Source: a virus
Lineage: Duplodnaviria; Caudoviricetes
Reading direction: 5' to 3' (one strand)
IMG/VR virus record: IMGVR_UViG_3300029305_003084
Length of the DNA: 64,000 nt
Below are positions 57,801 to 64,000 of the stretch, one piece after another (the stretch's first letter is position 1; each line of letters starts with the position of its first letter). Both the position numbers and the translations under genes were made by a program. Under the pieces are notes generated by a model that saw only the letters and a list, made by a program, of their open reading frames with translations, ran no database searches and was not told where the DNA came from.

Positions 57801-58294
57801 TTATTAGCTACATTAATGAAAGATTCAATACTCATACTCATACCTAAAATAGGATTAAAATCTGTTGAAATTCTAGACAGATTAAAAATAAGGTCATGAA
57901 TAATAATATTTAATTTCTTATTAGAAATCTTATTTCTAAAAGGAATAATAATTTTTTGGTCAATATATGCTTTAATATAACCCGCTGAAATTTTCTTTGG
58001 ATCAATAATAAATGATTCATCAAGATGTTTAACTGAATCCAGTACAATAAGCGGTTCCCAAAAGATAATATTCGTTAAGAAATGTCTTAATTGTAATGTA
58101 TGAATATATCCATCCTCTTTAAATCTAAAATGTACTGGACATTCTCTTAATTCTTTAACTTCAAATCCTTCTCTAAGTTGATTAAATATATGAATAATAA
58201 ATTCTTTATATTTTTTCTCACTTTCCATCTCATTTTCCATTACATAACATGTATTGGTATATGAATCGATAATTTCTTTTACTTCTGGTCTCAT
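54876..58294 (-). CDS. Non-virion RNA polymerase beta' C-terminal subunit, spliced: exons 58294-57458, 57195-57187, 56012-54876 (660 aa)
   Basis: Spliced KMG-ESG-AFARR aligns with bridge helix KTAxSGYLTRR; Zn site SPITC...ICECCYG; trigger loop EPLSQRILSTKH; early promoter 58344. Confidence 0.85.
56013..57186 (-). mobile_element. Group I intron 7 (beta') with HNH ORF
   Basis: GGT|...GCC P1; AATTGCGGGAAA, AATCCGCAGCGAAG, TTCAACGACTA, GATATAGTC; ends ATAAACA. Confidence 0.85.
56185..56928 (-). CDS. Intron-encoded HNH homing endonuclease
   Basis: IHRLVAMTFIP, VNHCNGDKTNN...NLEWCTHSENIKHA; tandem C-terminal HTH-like repeats; AAAGGAAG RBS before MLLIDIY. Confidence 0.88.
   Translation of the reverse strand: MLLIDIYMKSPLYVNGIQYSDYIISTNGEIYSMLSNKPLSISKYKKGYMYVNLKLGDNTKKCKIHRLVAMTFIPIPKKYLDKGLSYDDLEVNHCNGDKTNNCVYNLEWCTHSENIKHAFDSGLCDNRSNIGENCNFAKINDETVLKCCEMLSNNKSIKEISEILNISEDTIYHINNRNTWTHISKNFEFPRLMNKVSNDSIHMICKLLEENNLTISQIANIVGCSSRYVRNIKNRERRTDISNYYKF
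57196..57457 (-). mobile_element. Group I intron 8 (beta'), ORF-less, 262 nt
   Basis: GGGT|...GCTC P1; P2 almost identical to terL intron 1; ends AAATG. Confidence 0.88.
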
Positions 58295-58455
58295 TACTCA
58301 TTATCCTCCTATAAAATTATTAGCTTATACTTACATACAAATATAATATATAATTGAAATTGATGTTTAATTATATTATGTTACTAAGATGTTATTGAGA
58401 ATATAAAATGTTAAAATTGTTGGAATAAGGGGAAATCCTTATTCCAACAATTAAT

Positions 58456-59841
58456 TTATTTAATTGTATCAGTTAATGTAATACTAAATTTAATATTACC
58501 TTCACCAAATACATACACATTATATTCAAAACGATGTTTCTCGTTAACGCTAACAGGATAATTTCCTACATATGCTCTAGGAATATAAACAGATTCATCA
58601 GATTGTCTATCTTTTAAATCATCTAAACATACTAATCTGTATTTGTATGTCCAACCACCATCTTCTGAAAAAGCAATACAGATAATACCATTATTTAAAA
58701 TATTAGAATGTTTACTAGAATAATAAATATTAGGATATGTATTCATATGAGTTCTATTAAAGTCAATATTATATAACCCATAATAATCTGTATTTGTATT
58801 AAATGAAGCGTTATAACCATTTAAAACATTCACTGATACAATTTCTTTAATGTCAAGATTATTATTTTTATGAGGACAGACCATCCAAGACTGTTCATAA
58901 CCATTTACAGTCATAGATAATACACCATTTTCATCAGTAAAATGATTGATAATGGGAACACAAATACAGAAATTATTATCAATAATTTTAAAAGGATACA
59001 TAGTTGCAGTAGATTCTCTATGTACATCAGCATCTCTATTAGGAATCATTACTTCAACATTAGGAAGTTCATCGACATAATATGTGATACCATTCATAGT
59101 AAAGCTTTCAACATTATCAATATTTTTAACAATAGGAGTATATACCATATTTCCAATCATTTCAGTTAAATCTGTTGCATTATAATTATTAAAGAATTGA
59201 GTTTTAAAAATACCCATAATATGTTTCATATCTTCTCTAACATCTCGTTCATCAACAACATCCATACCAGGCCCATTAATTACTCTTTTATAAATAGAAC
59301 CAGAATCATCAAAAATAGTAAGAACGTTGATCATTTGCATACTATCAATTGTTACCATATATGTAAAATCCATAGTTTCAACTGGCACAACAGGATATGC
59401 TTTATCGTTCCACACAAATGCAATTGGCTTTGTTTCAGAATAGAAACGAACTAAATTCTTATTAATAATTTCAAAATTTCTAATTTCTAATATATTATGA
59501 ATAACCATATCATAATTTCGAATGTCCACAATATCTACAGTTAATAGTTCGGAACTATATTTATCAGAAACGTCCAATGTAATAGATTCAATAATATTTC
59601 TTAAAGAAATATAGTCAGGAGAACCATAAGCTGAACGAGGAAGTGATCTTTCAAAAGTATTAATACTTCTAACAACACCACTTACTTCCTTTAGATTATC
59701 ACCATCTTGATAAATTAGACCATCAATAAAATCACCAATATGAATATCAGCAGAACGCTTTTCATAAGTAGTGGATAATGTTAACCGAAACATAATCTTT
59801 GCTTTTGCTTTAATATCTAAAACCTGAGGTACACATTTCAT
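58456..59841 (-). CDS. Hypothetical, probably structural beta-rich protein
   Basis: 461 aa, AAAGGAG RBS, terminator 58415-58452. Confidence 0.5.
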   Translation of the reverse strand: MKCVPQVLDIKAKAKIMFRLTLSTTYEKRSADIHIGDFIDGLIYQDGDNLKEVSGVVRSINTFERSLPRSAYGSPDYISLRNIIESITLDVSDKYSSELLTVDIVDIRNYDMVIHNILEIRNFEIINKNLVRFYSETKPIAFVWNDKAYPVVPVETMDFTYMVTIDSMQMINVLTIFDDSGSIYKRVINGPGMDVVDERDVREDMKHIMGIFKTQFFNNYNATDLTEMIGNMVYTPIVKNIDNVESFTMNGITYYVDELPNVEVMIPNRDADVHRESTATMYPFKIIDNNFCICVPIINHFTDENGVLSMTVNGYEQSWMVCPHKNNNLDIKEIVSVNVLNGYNASFNTNTDYYGLYNIDFNRTHMNTYPNIYYSSKHSNILNNGIICIAFSEDGGWTYKYRLVCLDDLKDRQSDESVYIPRAYVGNYPVSVNEKHRFEYNVYVFGEGNIKFSITLTDTIK

Positions 59842-59957
59842 AATATATACTCTCCTTTCATAGTTATATTCGTTATTTTATTGTGCTTAATTATTTTGAT
59901 ATAAATTCACCCTTTAAACACATATGTAATAGAATAATGTGAGGAGGAATTTTAAAA

Positions 59958-61078
59958 TGAGCAACAATGAAGGTTATTATGTAATTGATATTGTTACTGA
60001 AGACTCACGTCAATCTATTTTAGATGAAATGAAAGCTCTTAGTAACTTTTCAGTAAAGAAACAAAAGATTGATGATATTGAATCAGGATCATTAGTTATT
60101 AGTGAAATTGCAACTACTAAAAAAGAAAAACCGAAAAAGAATAAAAAGAAAAAGAAATCATTATTAATTGGTGCATTTGATGATGAAGACGAAATCAACG
60201 AAGAAGGAAAAACTCGTCAAGAAATTGATGAAGAATCATTATTAGATGTTGATTTAATTATGAGAGAACTTGAAGAAGAAGAATTAGATGAATCTATTAT
60301 TGGTGAACAAAAGAAAAATTATAAAAAGAATAAAAAAGATAATAATGATTTTAAAAAGGAATTTGCTGATGAATTAGCATTATTATATAATTTATTAGAT
60401 GAAACTTCTAAATTTGGTAAAGGATTAGAAAAAGATTTAAGTCAATTAAAAGGTAGTAAGGTTAGAGGTGTTTCTAAATACACCAATGATTTAACAGAAC
60501 TAATTCTTACATCTAAACAAAATAAACTAAATATTCTAAAAGAAATCACTTCTGTAAAGAAAACAATTGCTGATCTGAAAATGAAAGCAGAAGCAAAAGA
60601 TAAGCAGAAAGATAATGGTACAAATAGTCCTGAGTATCTAGCATCTGCATATCTACGTAATATTTTAAATCATGGTAGAACTGACTTCATTTCTACAATT
60701 TCTAATAATGGTATTGATCCAGATAATCCTTCATTATTATCTTCTAATGACTATATTGATGAGGAAGATGATGATAAGTACACTAAGTTTATGATGGATA
60801 GACTTGATAGTGATGAGAATCCTTATCGAAGTTCTGAAGGATCTAAATATATTGAATATGAAAATGATGATGTTAAATTACATGTAAAAAAATGTATTGA
60901 CACTGGTGAGTGGGAATTTGTTGCACTAACTAAAACTGGTAAACAACTATATGATTATCCTTTACCTAGTAAACGAGATGCTGGTAGAATGAAATTTAGT
61001 GATGATGGCAATTATGCAACTGATGCAAAAGGACGTATGTATAATGTAATTGAATATTTCCTTCCTGATGATGATTAA
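59958..61078 (+). CDS. Late hypothetical protein (charged, coiled-coil)
   Basis: Late promoter 59917-59928; GAGGAGG RBS before MSNNEG. Confidence 0.55.
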
Positions 61079-61082
61079 ATAT

Positions 61083-61121
61083 AAAAAAGACAGATAGAAA
61101 ATTTTCTATCTGTCTTTTTTT
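61083..61121. terminator. Bidirectional terminator closing array 2 transcript
   Basis: AAAAAAGACAGATAGAAA-A-TTTTCTATCTGTCTTTTTT. Confidence 0.75.
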
Positions 61122-61124
61122 ATT

Positions 61125-61376
61125 TTTCCCGGATGATACTATGAGCGTCCTTGATTCATTTTGATACTGTGATACTCTATGTAAAGTTGATTCATTAGGA
61201 ATCCCTGATACAATTTTTTAGATTGATTCATTGTTGCCACATGATACTATCTGAAGAACTGATTCATTCCTTATCCTAGATACTATAACATGGGTTGATT
61301 CATTTTGACGTTCTGATACTATAATACGAGCTGATTCATTCCATATGTATGATACTATGTGAACACTTGATTATGT
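61125..61376 (-). ncRNA. Array 2: 7 x 36-bp dual-repeat/dual-spacer units (TIGR-like), exact 18-bp register
   Basis: Same two 9-mers as array 1, 14 distinct 9-nt spacers, no indels. Confidence 0.8.
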
Positions 61377-61763
61377 AATATAGAACGGTCTTAAAACTTC
61401 ATCAAAGAATTTCTGAAAATCACCATAATAGCAACTCTCAAAATACATTTCTTCAACAAAGCTTTCATCCAGGCCATATTTCATACAACAAAGACTAATA
61501 TTAGCCTTAGTATCAAAGCAGTAATCATCCTTGCTAACATGGTCCTGATAATAGGTGTTCATGGCATCCTGATTACCATCATCAAGACAACGGACGAAAT
61601 GAGACTTATAGACAGTATCTACCTGATCAAGATTAGAAACCATCCAATAGCCAAGGAAAATTGTGCTTATTATAAACACTATTACACCCAATACCATAAA
61701 CTTACACATGGCATCAGAGCAATACATACAAGGATGCTGATTCTGAGACTTATTCTTTTTCAT
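61371..61763 (-). CDS. Early membrane-anchored protein, co-transcribed with array 2
   Basis: TM segment FMVLGVIVFIISTIFLGYWMV; AGAAAGG RBS; stop codon lies inside first array repeat. Confidence 0.6.
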   Translation of the reverse strand: MKKNKSQNQHPCMYCSDAMCKFMVLGVIVFIISTIFLGYWMVSNLDQVDTVYKSHFVRCLDDGNQDAMNTYYQDHVSKDDYCFDTKANISLCCMKYGLDESFVEEMYFESCYYGDFQKFFDEVLRPFYIT

Positions 61764-61814
61764 GATGTTACCTTTCTGGTTTGTGAAGTTTTCCTTCTTC
61801 TTATTAAATAATAA

Positions 61815-61901
61815 TGATTGAGAAGGATCATAGAAAATATTCTAATTATTTCCTTCTTTATTATGATTATAATATATATTTGAAAGTGTTGACTTTACGA
61901 T
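61815..61901 (-). repeat. Duplicated promoter + structured 5' leader (second copy 14477-14562)
   Basis: About 86 bp near-identical between the two loci. Confidence 0.85.
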
Positions 61902-61947
61902 TAAAAAAATACAGAGGATATTAATCCTCTGTATTTTTAATTATTGA

Positions 61948-62376
61948 TTATTCTTCAACAATAGTTCCAATACATTCTGCGGTTTCCCACTTTTCTCTTT
62001 TAGGAGTATTATAATTATCGAGAATGCCTTTCATTCTCTTATATTCACCCTTTACTCTCTTTCTCTTTTCCTGCTTAGGAGTAACATATCTGGATCTTTC
62101 TGCATCCAGAATAATTCTACCAAATAAACTTCCAGAACCAGTATATTTCACCTGAAACATACCAACAGGAGACTTACCATACTCCCGAAGAATAAAGTCG
62201 GGAATAGCCTGATCCATACTCAGGAAGTCGTTGTGTACGGTATGTAATGCTTTCAATTCAGCATCACGATTATGTCGATAGAAAATATCAACTTGATCAA
62301 CATTTACTCCTTCGGACATCATCCAACAAAGCATGGTGTCAACTGCCTTCAGATTCATCTTTTTTGCTTCAGCCAT
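61948..62376 (-). CDS. Early hypothetical protein
   Basis: AAAGGAG RBS; terminator 61904-61938. Confidence 0.6.
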   Translation of the reverse strand: MAEAKKMNLKAVDTMLCWMMSEGVNVDQVDIFYRHNRDAELKALHTVHNDFLSMDQAIPDFILREYGKSPVGMFQVKYTGSGSLFGRIILDAERSRYVTPKQEKRKRVKGEYKRMKGILDNYNTPKREKWETAECIGTIVEE

Positions 62377-62397
62377 GATAGTTTTCTCCTTTAAAAA

Positions 62398-63006
62398 TTA
62401 ATTATTATGTAATTTAATTTTTGCTAAAGAAATTGCGATGTTATATTCTTTAGCAAAAATATTACTGCCATGATTATTGTTCACAGCGGTTTCAAACTCA
62501 TCAATAGTTCCATTGAAATATCCACAAACAACACCAATATTATCATTGATATTATAAAATGTAGTATAATCATTTCTAGAACCAATAGGTCCAATTACTA
62601 AAATATCAGATATTTTAGTAATATTAGCATTTTCAGATACCCGAGCATTTCCAGATACCCAAACATATCCAGATACCTGAGCATCCCCATATACCTGAGC
62701 ATTTCCAGATACCCAAACATTTCCAGATACCCAAGCATCTCCATATACCTGAGCATTTCCAGATACCCAAGCATTTCCAGATACCCGAGCATTTCCATAT
62801 ACCTGAGCATCCCCATATACCTGAGCATTTCCAGATACCCAACAATCTCCATCATGAGAAAGATTTTCTTCTTTCTCAATATATCCACCAAAATCACCCT
62901 TCGTAACATTCCATCTGGGAATATCATGAAGAGCACGAATTTGATACAGAGTTTTATCGGAAATAGTGATGGTATTGTTAGTCAATTCATATTTTTTGTT
63001 TATCAT
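62398..63006 (-). CDS. Hexapeptide-repeat (left-handed beta-helix-like) phage protein
   Basis: KYELT...LYQIRAL...GDFGGYIEKEENLSH.G.CWV followed by about 12 V(S/Y)G(N/D)A(Q/R/W) repeats (18-bp coding repeat, 62630-62845). Confidence 0.8.
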   Translation of the reverse strand: MINKKYELTNNTITISDKTLYQIRALHDIPRWNVTKGDFGGYIEKEENLSHDGDCWVSGNAQVYGDAQVYGNARVSGNAWVSGNAQVYGDAWVSGNVWVSGNAQVYGDAQVSGYVWVSGNARVSENANITKISDILVIGPIGSRNDYTTFYNINDNIGVVCGYFNGTIDEFETAVNNNHGSNIFAKEYNIAISLAKIKLHNN

Positions 63007-63131
63007 GGTACTAATATATCCTTTCTTTATGTATTTATATTATAATATATATTTATAATCTTTAATTTTACGAAAAAATATAAAGATAGAGAATAGTAAA
63101 TACTATTCTCTATCTTTATTATATATAAAAA

Positions 63132-64000
63132 TCACTGATATAAACTCATGCGATTAGAATAACAGAAATAAGTTGTTCCTAAGTGAGGAATTTGTACAGC
63201 TTTCCAAATACCACTACCCTGTCTAAAGTTTGCTTGGAAAACTACACTTTCAGGCATACAACGATAACCTTCTAATAATTTTTTAGCATTATTATAGGTT
63301 CTCTGATCAACTGTATATTTATTAAATAAATGTGGTGCGTACTGACCCTTCTGATAGGCAACACCCCTAACGGTATTAGGAAATTCAGGAGATGCAACTC
63401 TGTTTAATACAACATTACCAAACATAAGTTGCTGTTCATCTGTAATCCAATATGAGCCAGCTTCACAATACATAATTCGTGCCAAAATTTCTAAATCCTC
63501 AGCAGTATAGGAGGAATATTTAGGTACTTCAGGTTCTTTAGGAGGATTATAATTCATGATCGTATAATCTGCAACATATTCTTTCATAGGGTTTTTAAAC
63601 ACTCTATCTAGAATAACACATAACTGTGCTCGAGTTACAAAGTCATCTCCTCTAAATGTTCTATCAGAGAATCCACCAATATATCCTTCTTTAACAGCAT
63701 ATGCGATATATGGTTTCTGTTTATCACTAATTTTATCAGAGTCGGTGAAGAATAAATCAAATACCTCTGTATCGATACCAGTAGTATCAACACCTCTCAT
63801 CTTTAATACAGTAGTGATAAGATCTGATCTTTTAACATTTTTATTTGGCATAAATAGCATATCACCAGTTTCAGTATTTCTCCACTTACCTAAATATGGA
63901 CGTACTGCTTCAACATAAGGAGACATCACACTAGATTCATTGACATCATCAAATGCACTTACTCCTAAATCAACAACTGATAATTCTGCTATATTTGCAA
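63132..64000 (-). CDS. SLH-domain + SleB/Hydrolase_2 cell-wall hydrolase (5' end beyond window)
   Basis: SLH motifs FTDSDKIS..YIAYAVKEGYIGGFSDRTFRGD..VTRAQ; catalytic LARIMYCEA...NVVLNRV.SPEFPNTV; frame stays open to window edge. Confidence 0.85.
   Translation of the reverse strand, partial: ANIAELSVVDLGVSAFDDVNESSVMSPYVEAVRPYLGKWRNTETGDMLFMPNKNVKRSDLITTVLKMRGVDTTGIDTEVFDLFFTDSDKISDKQKPYIAYAVKEGYIGGFSDRTFRGDDFVTRAQLCVILDRVFKNPMKEYVADYTIMNYNPPKEPEVPKYSSYTAEDLEILARIMYCEAGSYWITDEQQLMFGNVVLNRVASPEFPNTVRGVAYQKGQYAPHLFNKYTVDQRTYNNAKKLLEGYRCMPESVVFQANFRQGSGIWKAVQIPHLGTTYFCYSNRMSLYQ

Noticed and set aside
61125-61376. Arrays as a coding 12-aa repeat (NESxxxIVSxxx, in frame with 61371..61763 by read-through)
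   Set aside because: Needs read-through of TAA and meets another TAA (ATC TAA AAA); boxes show almost no synonymous variation; array 1 has many frame-breaking indels
62630-62845. 18-bp periodic repeat as a third array
   Set aside because: It is the coding hexapeptide repeat of 62398..63006 with no hypervariable spacers; overlapping ORFs 62598..62936 and 62633..62845 are frame shadows

Overview
The window is 64 kb of a very AT-rich jumbo myophage genome of the phiKZ/AR9(PBS1)-like type. The host is probably a Firmicute (Clostridia-like), judged from SLH and SleB-type domains, DUF6273-like tail proteins and strong Shine-Dalgarno sites. Core genes: major capsid protein with a C-terminal Ig/Fn3-like domain, terminase large subunit, tail sheath and tube, portal, a two-subunit family B DNA polymerase, a GroEL-like chaperonin, a probable non-virion RNAP specificity subunit, beta'-type RNAP pieces, primase, SF2 helicase and blocks of small early genes. 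Eight closely related group I introns (three carrying HNH endonucleases) interrupt four essential genes. They leave micro-exons of 40, 68 and only 9 nt, and one intron appears to end in A instead of G. Two promoter classes are readable: early (TCGT-N12-)TTYAAWTATATATTATA and late AACA-N6-TA. The most striking feature is two non-coding arrays (about 45 units at 32.1-33.8 kb and 7 units at 61.1-61.4 kb) built from a 36-bp unit: two alternating conserved 9-mers (AATGAATCA / ATAGTATCA on the likely transcribed minus strand), each followed by a variable 9-nt spacer. This is the architecture of TIGR dual-spacer guide-RNA arrays, but the repeat sequences are distinct and no Nop-domain (Tas) gene is recognisable in the window. 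They may therefore be an orphan or new RNA-guided system of a jumbo phage. All assignments come from visual motif recognition; no searches were run.
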